Positions 1 to 12,671 of a DNA stretch of 64,000 bases are shown here, in pieces. A model generated the notes under the pieces. The model worked only from the letters and a program-made list of their open reading frames with translations. It was not told where the DNA came from and ran no database searches. The position numbers and the translations under genes are program-made. The stretch is from Octopus bimaculoides (taxonomy: Eukaryota). Location: contig NC_068990.1 of the NCBI RefSeq assembly GCF_001194135.2, forward strand, positions 65,335,214-65,399,213, given 5' to 3'. The stretch's first letter is position 1; each line of letters starts with the position of its first letter.

Positions 1-102
1 TTAAATTTTCACTTCAAACTCTGTTAGAATCAACTTTGTTTTTCCTATCTTTTATTAAATAGAAATTAGTAATATATTGGGATCATTTACTTTGGTTATA
101 AC

Positions 103-150
103 TAACCCTAACCCTAACCCTAACCCTAACCCTAACCCTAACCCTAACCC
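103..150 (+). repeat. Interstitial telomere-type array (TAACCC)8
   Basis: Eight perfect TAACCC units. Confidence 0.95.
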
Positions 151-234
151 TACACCCTCATAAAACAACTAATCTGTGCTTGAAAGAAGTCATTTTAACA
201 TACATGAATGAAATGTATTTCAAAAGAAACTTAC

Positions 235-349
235 CACTCAAAAGTATTGAAATATGCATCTTTTTACTTGCTTCATAACAAGATGATACGTCAGTCTCTT
301 TTTGCTGACCCGAAAAATCAATGAAGCTAAGTTGATATGATATGTCAGC
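235..349 (-). CDS. Coding exon 11: ADISYQLSFIDFSGQQKETDVSSCYEASKKMHISILLS (gene continues left of the window)
   Basis: Acceptor tttatttatag|, donor AGTG|gtaagt, 115 nt, phase 0/1. Confidence 0.87.
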
Positions 350-397
350 CTATAAATAAATATTGTTGCTATAAAAAGAGATTTCTGACATTAGATG

Positions 398-622
398 CAC
401 AAGAAGGTGCTGGAAAATTCCTGGCTTTGGGCAAAATAAAATACAGGAGGATCAGTTAATCATGATTTTATTCAACATATTCCCCTCTCAGATTCACACA
501 CTTATTGTAGTGATCCTTCAGTTTTTCTAAGCCTTGTAAAAGAACTGGAGGGTTGGGCCTCCAACCAGGCCTTTCACAATACCCTTAATGCCAGGAACTT
601 TACAGCCCCCCCCCCCTTGTAT
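398..622. mobile_element. Mariner-derived MITE (short deletion derivative)
   Basis: Degenerate TIRs (acaagaaggtgctggaaaattcctggc ... gccaggaactttacagccccc..cttgta). The interior on the minus strand reads like a transposase C-terminus ending RGEYVE*. An inverted copy lies at 34051-34272. Confidence 0.7.
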
Positions 623-1034
623 ATACAGTAACATTTCCATTCAATAATAACCTAGTTATATTTTGAAATAAAAATTAATCTCGTATTTTTCAGTATCAAA
701 ATATTTTTTGGCAATAATTCATGAGAGAAATGAATAGATACATTATTTCATTTTTAGGCAAATTTACCAAAATTCTTCAGTATAAAAAGATTAAATGTCT
801 TGAAAAGATAAGCAATTTGAGACTCTTTATGTTTGACTTGAATTTGAGAACTGAATTTAAACTTTAAGGCATACAACAAATTTAATTCACCTACACAAGC
901 CATTCTTTTAAATACCTATGACAAATGATTTGTCATAAGTTCTATTAAATTTCAAAGAAGTTTTTGAGAAGCTCAACAATACAGACATAAATCCTAATTC
1001 AGACAATATTAAAATATCAAATATTAAAATTTAC

Positions 1035-1109
1035 CGTGTCTAAATTAACCATTACAGGATAATTTACAGTTGCTTGTCCACTTTTATCAGGTAAAACTGT
1101 CCAGTCATT
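1035..1109 (-). CDS. Coding exon 10: NDWTVLPDKSGQATVNYPVMVNLDT
   Basis: Acceptor tatatttttag|, donor ACG|gtaaat, 75 nt, phase 0/0. Confidence 0.85.
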
Positions 1110-1410
1110 CTAAAAATATAAATTATAAAAATATATTAAAATTTCAACTATAGAGAAAAATTTTAAATATTTCTTGTAAAATTGATTGTGGAACAGTTTT
1201 AACTCTTAATTTTTACATTGGTATTATCATGAATTTTTTTAAAACTTTTTTAATTTGCCTCATGAAATTAACAGAAAATTGCTTGAATACATGTTTGAAT
1301 ACAACAATCTTATAAGCCTGTCATATTTCTCATAATTCACAACTTCTTAATGAATCCTTAATTAGTGGCTGTTTGCTGCTCTCTCTCTCTTGCTTAAAAA
1401 CAATATTGGT

Positions 1411-1645
1411 TCATCATCATCATCATCTTCATCAGCATCATTTAAGATCTGTTTTCCATGCTGGTATGGGTTGAAAAGCTTGACAGAAGCTGGCAAGGCC
1501 AGAGACCCTGCCAGGTTTCATCATCTGTTTTGGTTTAGTTTCTACAGCTGGATGCCCTTCCTAACACCAACCACTTTACAGAGTACACTGGGTGTTTTCT
1601 ACATGACATCATCACCAGTGCTTTTTATGTGGCACCAGCACTCTT
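1411..1645 (-). mobile_element. 3' end of RTE-type LINE with (CAT)n tail
   Basis: catcat...ttttccatgctggtatgggttg...ggatgcccttcctaa motif, shared with the 10046-11100 copy that is linked to RT sequence. Confidence 0.75.
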
Positions 1646-1659
1646 AATGTGCCACCATC

Positions 1660-2030
1660 TTGAAGGTTTTAGCTGAACAAATCAACCACAGTACTAATTT
1701 TTTCTTAAGTGTGGTATTTAGTCTATCAGTCTCTTTTGCCAAAGTGTTAAAGTATGTGGATGTAAACAAACCAGCACTGGTTGTCAAGTGATGCAAAAAG
1801 GCAGATAAACAGACAGACAGACATACACACACATGCACACACTTGCACACATGCGTATGCACACACACACATGTACATGACGGGCTTCCATGCAGTTTCT
1901 GTCTCCCAAATTCATTCACAAGGCATTGGTCAGTTCGGTGCTATAGTAGAAGACACTTATTCAAGGCACCATTCTGTGAGTCTGAACCCAAAACCATTTG
2001 GTTGCAAACTGAGTTTCTTAATCAAACAGC
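1660..2030 (-). mobile_element. tRNA-derived octopus-type SINE with internal (CA)n
   Basis: Reverse complement of the head seen at 6302 and 37495 (ggttca..ccactg..gcaccttgggcaagtgtcttctactatagc), followed by (CA)n and the common SINE tail. Confidence 0.75.
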
Positions 2031-3544
2031 CATACCTGCACCTCTAGAACTTGCTTGTTTCGCATTTTTTCTTAAGGATTCATCCATCGAACACAGACCT
2101 TAACTTGCAGCAGTATTAGTAAGCAACTTGTTAATTAAGTACACCAAATCACTCTCTTTTTTTTTTGCAAGGAGAAGAAGAATTGCTGATATCAAATTTA
2201 TCTCAAATAATATTCATATAGTATGTAGAAAATTATGCAGGTGAAATCCCAATAGTTAAATAATGTGATAAACAACCAATGTATATTCAGATATATGGAA
2301 AAATATTCTGTCCCTCTCTCTCTTACCTTATTTGCAATTAAGCTATCAGTAGATGATTTACTCATTCAACTCATTCACAATCTCCTTTAAGTGATATAAA
2401 TGATGCTATAAATCTATGTCCCAGAGTGGAAAGAGTCTGTTTTGTATACTGTCTATAGGTACTGATGACAGCTTTCTAGCCTGATGCAAATGCTTACTCA
2501 ACATAAGCATTCATCATAAAGACATCATTTACTTACTGTCATACAAGTCAATGAAAGGAACCTCAAAATGGTCCTCTGTCTTCAAAAATTGCAGCCAAAT
2601 CGCCTTCAAATTACACCCTACCTTCATAAAAATTGACAAATATATCAGTTAAAGTAACTCTGAACATAATATGCCAGAAATGAAGACAGTGGTGGGTAGC
2701 ACCAACTTGATTTTTTCCCAATAAAGAGCTATGCAAACCATGACTGGGTACAAAACAAACTAGAATATTAAACAACCAAACCAATATTGATCATAAAAGA
2801 CTTTGTCATGTTAGGAACAACCCAAAACTAATATTATAATGGCAAATGTCACAAGAATAATAAAGAATATATTAGCACTTTGTAAACCTCAGAATAGTAG
2901 AAATATGTCCCATTTTTATTCTTTGTATGCAACTATTCAATTATGCAAGAAACAGTGTGAAAGTTTATTAAAGAATGATGCAGACAGAGTATGTTCTTCA
3001 TACTGTACAAAATTATGGGATATATTGAGATAGAAATATAAATAGCCTCTGAGTGAGAGTATTTAGAGGTGTTCATTGGTCAATTCTGATAATGTGAGGA
3101 AACTGGCAGTGCAGTGATTACAGGTAATCCATAGTGGATGTAACAGCTGTCTATAATCTGCAGGATTGGGCAACTTGCTGACATTAGGTAGAAATGGCAC
3201 TGCTATGAAAAAGTCAAACATGAAGACAACCAAACAGAATTATGACGTTAAAAAAAATACAACAAACAATAGTTGAAGTGATGTCAATGATCTTCATATC
3301 CTATCTGTTCCTTAACAAGGTAACTAAAATATAACTGACACCATAAACATTGCTGGGGCAATAATGTAGAAGGGAGTGGAAGAATTAGGGTAAAAAGATG
3401 AGAGTATGTTTAAAAGAAATATGAGCAAAAAATATATTCTTCGTTCTGAACAACATTTCACTTGATAACAGAGTATATAGAAATATAAAGAAAAACCCTT
3501 AAGACATTAGATGACAAAAGAGAAACAATAGTATATAACTAAAC

Positions 3545-3810
3545 TGGCACTCCATTGGTTACAATGATGAGGGTACCAGTTGAACCGATCAACAGAACAG
3601 CCTGCTTGTGAAATTAATGTGCAAGTGGCTGAGCACTCTACAGAAATGTGTACCCTTAACGTAGATCTCAGGGAGATTCAGTATGACACAGAATGTGATA
3701 TGGCTTCCCCCTTTGAATTACAGGTACTACTCATTTTTGCCAGCTGAGTGAACTAGAGCAATGTGAAATAAAGTGCCATGTCCTTATGATAGTGAGCTGA
3801 ACACTCATAA
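3545..3810 (-). mobile_element. SINE fragment (family of 13284-13670, with core shared with 19330-19570)
   Basis: gatcaacagaacagcctgcttgtgaaattaatgtgcaagtggctgagcactc matches ~13340-13392. Confidence 0.7.
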
Positions 3811-6091
3811 CCACTAAGCTATGCACCTTCAACAATAGCCTGTAGGTAACTATAAATCCTGATATTTAAGGAAACAGGAGATAGACTGCATTGGTGGGAA
3901 TGGTAATAATAAATCCTGGTAAGTTTTAGGAGTTAATATGTTTGATTGCCATAAAGAGTGGGAAAGTTGTTTCAGGCAATCACCTGTCAGCAGAGTGCAG
4001 AATTTAAATAATGGCTGATGCAAACAATCTCTGAGCTATTTATACCATAACTGCAGCATTCATAGAACAACTTTGTTGTGAGTTTGAATTACTAGGTATT
4101 ATGTCAATAGTACATTCCTAGAGTGACTCTCAGTGAGATCTGGTGTGTAATAGAACTAAACTTTCTCCACCATTCTGACCATAAATAGCATAATGCATGA
4201 AATAAAATTTACAAATCCAAGTGTGTCCAGTGGATGTATATTCTCTGCTTAAAAGTTCTGATTTTTTTTTTACTATCTGGAAATGCTCTCAAAGAAATAA
4301 AATTAGAGCTGCTATAGAAAACAGATTGAGCTTAATATCATTGCCATCAAAGTTTTCATTCTATACATAAGCCTATAACACCAATATCACCACATCAGCA
4401 TGACACAATGTCTCAGTTGATTATGCATATATCATTGTTGCTAGTCAAACATTAATGCTGCTGTGCAATGTTCCTGGTATACTGGAAATAGCATAAATGT
4501 AATCTCCACCAGATTCTCAGTAAAGTGGTAATGAACAACACAGGCAGAAAAAGAAGTAGGAAACTGTTCACATTGCAGCTTTGTAGTCAAGTGTGTTTAT
4601 GACTCATTGTTAATGGTATCACTCACAGCTATTATTTACTTATGTTTTTAATTGAAAAAAACAAACAAAAAAAACAGATTTTTTGCAAAGTAACAATCAT
4701 GTAACAAGCCCAGCACTTTGTCTGATAAATGAGCAAGGCCTAGACTCATTGCAGTTGAGGAAATTATTGATGATATTTAGTCTTCAGACAAAGAGTTTAC
4801 CCTTATGCAGACAATGAGAGTGATTTGGAGAATCAAACTGGTAAAAGGGATGAGAAGAGTAGCAATTTGGGTGAACAAATATGGTAGTTAAGAGATAGGC
4901 TTATTATTGAATTTTTTTGTGACTCTATTAGTCTGAGCTGTATATGCAATTATTTATTGTTTTACTCAGGAACCCAGGTGAAAGGTAAAATTAGCTACAG
5001 GGCCCCAGGTCTGAGAGAGTTAAAGAATGTTAAAGATGTTCATGTTAAAACTAATTAATTACAGTAACAAAATTATATTGAAGTATGTTTGTGAATTCAA
5101 GTCTCTGATGCATTTAAGGGCTTAACTAATGGAGTTTGGAACCCACAGTACATTTGTACAAGTATGATGTTAAAGCAGTCTGTACTTAGTGTGAAAATGT
5201 GAAAAAGAATTTCCAGATGCACTTATGCAGTTATGGGGTCTGTATTAAGTATAGTGATTGAAAGCGAGATGTTACTAGGACAACAGAAAGAAAAAGCAAG
5301 TGCATAAAGTGGGTTTGGTTGGAAGTACACAGTTGGCTGACTCATGTTGTTCATCATAACTGATGAATTTTCTGGTCAAATGAAAACTATTATGGGAAAG
5401 CAAACTACAAGTATAATTTATTTTGGCACTAGATCCATTTTCACTACTTTTACAAAATAAAGAAAAAAATTTAAAAAGGTTGTTTTATGTTAGAAACAAC
5501 AACGTAACATATAATTTAGTCGATGATCTAAAGATCTACACCAAAAATATTTACAATGCTGAGAAACAGCTAGACTTAAAAACATTTTTTGCTGATACAG
5601 GGATGGAATTTGCCAAAATAAAAATATTCACCTCAATAATTAAACTGAAAAACTGCTTTGGTCATCCTATCTCCCATTTTCCACACAATGTGTGCTACAA
5701 ATATCTAAGCATTGACAAAAATGTATCTTATAAAGGTACTGTAAACAAAGATTGAGTGATCTAAGTGCATTGCATCACACTTGAAAAAAATTTTGCATTC
5801 AGATACACCCTATAATACATTTGTTGTACTAGTATGGGTACTAACATTTAGGTGCCAATTAGTACCATTGGTACCAACATTTTGGATACTTAACTGGGCT
5901 ACTGAAAAAATCTAATCCATTGATATTTAAAAGTGCAAGAATCTGATGTCAAGCTCAGAGTCAACATTGATACTCTATATCAGAAGATAAGATGTAAGAC
6001 ATTGCTCAAAAAAACATCCTCTAAATAACAGCATCGAGCACAAATACATTGATCAAGCAGTCAAAAGAGAAGAGACCATAAATATACTCAC

Positions 6092-6199
6092 AGATGATAA
6101 ATAAATTTCACAAGTTGCAGATTCTGGTGAGCCATCTTCAAGCATAAACTGTTTTTTATGAGCAGCAAACACAAAACAATCGATATTCCGAATTGTTCT
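6092..6199 (-). CDS. Coding exon 9: RTIRNIDCFVFAAHKKQFMLEDGSPESATCEIYLSS
   Basis: Acceptor ctttttccttccag|, donor TCT|gtgagt, 108 nt, phase 0/0. Confidence 0.9.
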
Positions 6200-6301
6200 C
6201 TGGAAGGAAAAAGATAATTATACTTTTATATGAATATTTAATACAAATTTTTAAAATATGTAAATGAAACAAAAAGTATAAAACATTGATTTTTTTTTTT
6301 T

Positions 6302-6456
6302 AGGTGTGGCTATGTGGTAAGCAGTTTGATTCTCAACCACATGGTTCCTGGTTCAGTCCCACTGCATTGCACCTTGAGCAAGTGTCTTCTACTATAGCCT
6401 CAGGCTGACCAAAGCCTTGTGAGTGGATTTGGTGGATGGTAACTGAAAGAAGCCCA
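6302..6456 (+). mobile_element. tRNA-derived SINE head
   Basis: A/B-box-like gtggtaag...ggttcagtccc and body identical in type to 37495-37650. Followed by an RTE 3' end (6457-6548) that is cut by an N gap. Confidence 0.75.
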
Positions 6457-6662
6457 TCATCGTCGTTGTCGTTTAACGTCCGGTTTCCATGCTAGCATAG
6501 GTTGGACGATTTGACTGAGGACTGGTGAAACCAGATGGCTACACCAGGNNNNNNNNNNNNNNNNNNNNNNNNNNNNNNNNNNNNNNNNNNNNNNNNNNNN
6601 NNNNNNNNNNNNNNNNNNNNNNNNNNNNNNNNNNNNNNNNNATATATATATATATAGGCTAT

Positions 6663-9090
6663 ATTAAATCTCTGAGCAAGAAGCAAACAGTAACAGTACG
6701 GAATCGTAAAGTATATTTGCTAACTAAATGTGGCAGTCCCATAGAGGACAATGTAACTGTTGTTTTTAGTCCCAGGAAGACATCTCCTCCAGCTAGCTAT
6801 CAACACACGTCCTGTATTGTCCCTCTTTGTAAAAGATATTTATTATCATAATAAAGAAATTGCTGGTGATTTGTCACTCTTCTGCATTCGGCTGCTGTTG
6901 CTTAGTGAGTTTATTTGATTAATGTATTTTTGTTGTTTTTGAATTATCTGTTGTTTTGTTTGAGGCTGTTTGGAATTGAACTGTTGTCATCGTTTTGATG
7001 AGAATTTTCGCCTTGTGGGCCAGAAAATTGTTTTCTGCATAACTTATTGGACTGTTTTTTGATTTTTTTACCCGTTGCAGGGTAAAAAATTAATTTTTGT
7101 CATTTTGACAAAAATATTTACGATTTTTCTAACGATTTTGGAGGCCATTTGTAAAAATGGAATTGAATTTGTTGTCAAATGTCAACTTTCTGTTCTCAGT
7201 GGAGAATTTCCCTGGAATGAAAGAAAGTAACCAAGTTGGTAACCAGGAAGGAAAGGAAAAGCCAAGTTTCTCTGCTGCCGTTGGTGGTAATTTTTGTGAA
7301 TTGGAGGTGTCGAAGGAACAATTATTTAAGTTTTGAAACCTTATAAAGAAAAGGGGTAACGAAAGAAAACTTCTGCCACCACAGGACATGATACAAAGCT
7401 TAACTGCCAGAATGGTAGTATACAAAATATACAACTGTAAAGAAAAAAAGAATTATGTCAGTGAAGGACGAGGTGGTAGAGCAGTGTCTCACCCCCATAT
7501 GGGGAAAAATTACCTATGTCAGTCGAGGACCAAGAAGTGCCACTGTTGAGGCGCAATTCGAGAATGCTGAAACAGCAAAAGAAATATCGATGCAAACTCT
7601 AAAAAGCGATGAGATAATGTTGCTCCTTATCTACCTAGGCCGGAGAACTGCAAAAATAACTATAGAGGAGATACCAGTTGGCTACAATGTAACATGGATG
7701 GCAGCAGCTGTAATTTACAATGTAGAAGAAGAAATAACAATACTTCAAATGAAAAAGCGAGAGGCTCTAAATTGGAAAGGTCAAACTCTTGAGATGGTAG
7801 TTCAAGCCTCAAATGAAATACTTGAATTGAGGCCAGACTGCATTTTTATAGGGACTAAGTGCTAGAGCATCAGTTGAGGGATGTAGACCCAGATGCTTTA
7901 AATGTGGAAAAAAAAGGCACTCATGCTAATCCACAGGGTGGGCAAGGCTGGCAGCAGAAATACCACCTCTGTATTTTGTAAAGGGATGGTAGAGTATAAG
8001 AGTGATGACGTCCTAGGAGAGGCTCTGGGGTTCGATGAGAACCAGCTAGGCAACCTGTTTCAAAAACCTTCAGGTTGAGGTATTTGGATAATTATCAAAG
8101 ATCCCTGACCTGGCAGTGTTACAGGGATGCATTGCCTGTCCACGATAAATTATCCAGGCATGGATCAGTGCCACCGGCATGCCCAAAGTGCAGGCAGGAC
8201 AAGGAAACTAATTCTGCATGCTCTTGTACAGTGCCCAGAGCTTTTGGGCTTGATAATTTACGTAGAACACATGTTGTTGCACCTGGGAAGAGTGCAGCTA
8301 TCAGCTGAGTCTGTGATAAAGATTGTATTGCCAACTGGACTATCAAAGGAAGGTGAGGCATGTTTTCTGTGTATGGTCGCAGTAATGAAAGAGTGTGCAT
8401 GGAGAACAAGAATGCAAGGAATCGTGACAGGATCCTTCATCTCCGGCCCTAGTTTGCTATACTACTTCAAGTACCACCTGAAGAGCAAGATAGGACTGAG
8501 AGAAGACACCTGTCGCGAAGTATATATGAGAAAAGGTGGAAGGATATCATGAAGAAGTTGGGAGTAACTGTCCCTACTTCATTCCACCCATGGTAAAAGC
8601 AAGGTGTAGTTGCTGAATTTCCAGCCATAGTATTGCGAAAATAAGTTTGTGAAAATTTTAAATTTATATATATATATACATATATATANNNNNNNNNNNN
8701 NNNNNNNNNNNNNNNNNNNNNNNNNNNNNNNNNNNNNNNNNNNNNNNNNNNNNNNNNNNNNNNNNNATATATATATATATACATACAGTTCATCGAATTT
8801 TTAATTATAATCTCACTTAGCACATTTATTTGTTTGTAATGTCCTGTATTGTCCTTCTTTGTAATAGATATTTATTATCATAATAAAGAAATTGGTGATT
8901 ATCACACACAGAAACCCGGGCCTGTGTGTATCACATAAGGCTAGAGATGGGAGTGATGACCTCCCCTCGCAAATACTAATCAGACACAGAGAGTGTGTCA
9001 TTAGCCAGCTGGAGGAGATGTCTTCCTGGGGCTAAAAACAACAGTAACATCGTCCTCTATGGGACTGCCACATTTAGTTGGCAAATATAT
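6663..9090. mobile_element. Composite element: long inverted termini plus ~60-bp direct repeats enclosing a Tx1/L1-like deletion derivative
   Basis: 6711-6799 is the reverse complement of 9002-9090. 6809-6871 is directly repeated at 8841-8900. Confidence 0.7.
7189..8552 (+). pseudogene. Tx1/L1-clade non-LTR retrotransposon remnant: ORF1 (RRM-like plus zinc knuckle) fused to ORF2 C-terminal zf-RVT; EN and RT absent
   Basis: ORF 7455-7865 (GKITYVSRG..VEAQF..YLGRRTAKITIEEIP), then CFKCGKK knuckle ~7897, then LTWQCYRDALPVHDKLSRHG..CPKC..HALVQC..WRTR..FKYHLK. Stops and frameshifts are present. Confidence 0.75.
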
Positions 9091-9483
9091 TTTATGATAT
9101 ATATATACATATGTATGTGTGTGTGTATGTGTGTGTCTTTGTATCTGTGTTTGTCCCCCACCACTGCTTGACATCTGGTGTTGGTGTGTTTAAGTTTCTG
9201 TAATTTAGTAGTTTGTCAAATGAGATCAAAAGAATAAGTGTCATGCTTCCAAGAAAATCCAATGTGTAGTGCTTGGGCAAATGTTTTTAAAACAACCTCA
9301 AGTAAACCTATGTATATTCCAGAAGTTATTGCTCTTTCATCAGCATCACAACTAACCCATTAACCATCCATAAATACATTGCTTAACTAGCAGCCAAATA
9401 TAGTAGTGTAGCAATAAATTAAAATGCATTTAAAACTATAAATTAATAGAAAATTATGATATTGTAAATTATTGTTAGCTTAC

Positions 9484-9656
9484 CAATCCAACATATTCAA
9501 AGTCTTTTTTTTGGATGAAACTTTGCATTATGCTCCTAATAAGGTATCCTTCATATGGTGCCTCTCCTAACATCTGTTTTTCATCTGCAAGTGATGAGTT
9601 TTTAATTTTTGATGTTGAACAATTTCCAAGCACATGATTTCTCAAGTATCGAATGC
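9484..9656 (-). CDS. Coding exon 8: (G)IRYLRNHVLGNCSTSKIKNSSLADEKQMLGEAPYEGYLIRSIMQSFIQKKDFEYVGL
   Basis: Acceptor aatttactttaaag|, donor TTG|gtaagc, 173 nt, phase 1/0. Confidence 0.9.
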
Positions 9657-10043
9657 CTTTAAAGTAAATTTGTAAATAAAAAAAAAATATTTAAAGAAAT
9701 CAGTGTGTTGGATATCATGAAACAAGGGTAACATTGCAATGTAACTTCACTTCTTAGTCAAAACTATTTCATTTACACCTTCAATTATCACATTGTGTTT
9801 GCTTATTGGAGTGACTTTGGTTACACTAACTTTATTTTAGGCACTCTATATACAATTTGTGCAATCAAATTAAGGAATAGTTAAAACAAGAACAATATTA
9901 GAACAAGAGCAATTGTTTGATGCTAAGAATAACAACAACCAGGGCCATTTAAAGGCTAAATCAACTGATTGCTTCTAATTAGAGCCTTCAAAATAATGAA
10001 TAATTATTGTGCTGAATCAAAAGCCTTGCAATATTTTGGTAAC

Positions 10044-10045
<2 letters not shown>

Positions 10046-10078
<33 letters not shown>

Positions 10079-11100
10079 TTAACGTCCGCTTTCCATGCTA
10101 GCATGGGTTGGACGATTTGACTGAGGACTGGTGAACCAGATGGCTGCACCAGGCTCCAATCTGATCTGGCAGAGTTTCTACAGCTGGATGCCCTTCCTAA
10201 CGCCAGCCACTCTGAGAGTGTAGTGGGTGCTTTTATGTGCCACCGGCATGAGGGCCAGTCAGGTGGTACTGGCAACGGCCATGCTCAAATGGTGTTTTTT
10301 ACGTGCCACTTGCACAGGAGCCAGTTTAGCGGCACTGGCAATGACCTCGCTCAAATGTTTTTTCATGTGCCACTGGCACAAGTGCCAGTAAGGCGACGCT
10401 GGTAATGATCATGTTCAAATGGTGCTTTTTACATGCCACCGGCACAGAAGCCAGACAGCTGTTCTGGCAATGATCATGCTGGGATGGTGTTGTTAGCGCT
10501 CCACTGGCATGGGTGCCAGTCATCGAATTTGGTTCGATTTCGATTTCACTTGCCCCAACAGGTCTTTGCAAGCAGAGTTTAGTGTCCAATGAAGGAAAGG
10601 TTGGCACGGGTGCTAGTTGTCGAATTTGGTTCGATTCGATTTCGATTTTGATTTCACTTGCCTCAACAGGTTTTCACAAGCAGAGTTTAGTGTCCAACGA
10701 AGGAAAGGTACGCATAAATGGGCTGGCTACACCCCTGGCAAAGGCCATGGGTTATGGTCTCACTTGTTTTGCCGGGTTTTCTCACGCACAGCATATTTCC
10801 GAAGGTCTCAGTCACCACAACTGATGCTTCTCAGGTCCAACTTTTCTCTCAAGGTACTTACACTCTATCAAGTATGCACACTGACATTACACATCCATTG
10901 GAGCATACTGGCTTCATTCCTTGTGAGCTTACACATGTCCTCAGCAGTCACAGCCCATGTTTCATACAGTCTGCCTTTTACTCTGAGCGAGAGGCCTTTT
11001 GTCACCAGCAGAGGTAAGGACTCTCTGAACTTTTCCCAGGCTATTCTTATTCTAGCAGCTACACTTTCAGTGCACCCTCCCATTTGCTTTATTTGTTAAG
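10046..11100 (-). mobile_element. 5'-truncated RTE-type LINE (ORF2 C-terminus, 3' UTR with tandem subrepeats, (CAT)n tail)
   Basis: ORF 10868..11083 GGCTESVAARIRIAWEKFRESLPLLVTKGLSLRVKGRLY is typical of the RTE post-RT region. CpGs are relatively retained, suggesting a young copy. Confidence 0.85.
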
Positions 11101-12553
11101 TACAAAAGTAGCCTAGCATTCGAAGTAGAGACTGTCAGGTTGCGCTATCCGAAGCCACCTTTCTGCCAGTTCTTTGATCCCATACTGATAGTCAGTGTAT
11201 GAGTTTGGATGATTTCATAGAAGTTTGTTCTTCTTATGTTGTCTGATGATTAGCTTGGTTTATTATCATGAAGCTATTAGTAATGATGCATTAATTTATA
11301 TATTGAAAATAATATTGTGTGTATGCCTCTGTGTGTGTGTGTGTATGCACATGTGTGCATGTGCAGGAGCACTGTGTGAGTGTGTGTATGTGTGCGTGCG
11401 TGTGTGTGTGTATGTGTGTGGCCAGTCCCAAAACAAAATTTTGAACAAGCACACCAAAGAACCAGTGCATCATACTCACAAGACCTTCGCTCTAATAATA
11501 ACTAAATCCATCCACATTACATAGTCGTTGATCTGTACATGTTAGAGTGAATAAAAGCCAAGTACACTTGGCAATTTTTTACAAGTTGAACAATGAGGGA
11601 ATTAGAAGAACAATAGGTTTATGTAAAATTAAGAGCTGAACATAGAAAATCTATTTCCCAAACCCTGAACCTTTGTGTCAATTGTTTCTATATCTCCTCC
11701 ATTCACTAAAGCAGCTACTATAATTATAAAGGTTTTGATGAAAATGTACCTTACAAAGGTACTCTAAACAATGATTGAGTAACCAAAGAATACTATACTA
11801 GACTTAGAAGATCTAGCAGTCAGAGCTTTCCTCTTACAAGACAATATCCCACAATATTTTTGCAGTACCTGGACTGATATCAACATTTAGGATACTCAAC
11901 TGGTCTATAGAGGAATCTGTTCCATTGACATAAAAGCCTGAAAGATCCAGACATTGACTGTAAATTTACACAGAAACAGTACCATTGACAGAAGAAAAGA
12001 GGAAAAAGAGGAGGTTTAAAATCAGTGCAGACAGTTCTGCATGGTAACACCTAGTCAGCATCTGCTAAACAATAGCAGCAAAAAAAAAATGAATCAAATG
12101 AATTATACTGCTTCCAAACTTTTTCTTCTTTAAGTGTTTGCATTGAATTCTTTTTTGCTCATTAATTGCATGACATGCAAACTTTGCATTGACCTCTACC
12201 TAAACACCTATAAAACAGACTTTATAATTCCAGTACATTGACATTTAACCACCCAGAAGAGAGGCCAATCCCAAAATTCCTCTCCTTAGCATATAAACGT
12301 TCAAATGCTTGAGCTTCACTGAATATTGATCCCATTCTTCTGATAAAAGGAATTGCTTATGCTAAAATTGCATATCCTTTTTGCTTTACCTAATCATCCA
12401 TTATAAATCTAATGCAATCAACTTATCCCAATCATAAGTTTATGAACTATGTTTTTGAGCAATAAGGATTGTTTGCAAGAAGCTTGTCTAATCAAAATAT
12501 TGTAATAGTTATAACTTGTGAAATAACAAAGAAAAATATAGAAATAAGCAAAC

Positions 12554-12671
12554 CTGCATTATAATCATATATTTCTGATATTGTGTTCACAAACTCTGGA
12601 TGAGGGCTATCCTCATTGCCTCCAGGCTGATAGTCAATTCTCAATAATTGATCTGGTTTACTATAGGACAC
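12554..12671 (-). CDS. Coding exon 7: VSYSKPDQLLRIDYQPGGNEDSPHPEFVNTISEIYDYNA
   Basis: Acceptor ttttatatcattcacag|, donor GCAG|gtttgc, 118 nt, phase 0/1. Confidence 0.88.

Noticed and set aside
1-150. True chromosome end
   Set aside because: The array is only 48 bp, has unique sequence on both sides and lies inside an intron.
2327-2480. Strong donor AAG|gtaaga with an upstream cag acceptor on the minus strand
   Set aside because: All three frames contain stops, and exons 9 and 10 already join in phase.
5423-5755. 110-aa plus-strand ORF
   Set aside because: TTG start, AT-rich intronic sequence, no recognisable motif or splice support, and antisense to the gene.
10222-10515. CRISPR-like repeat-spacer array
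   Set aside because: Units are degenerate along their whole length with no unique spacers and no cas genes. They lie in a eukaryotic LINE 3' UTR.
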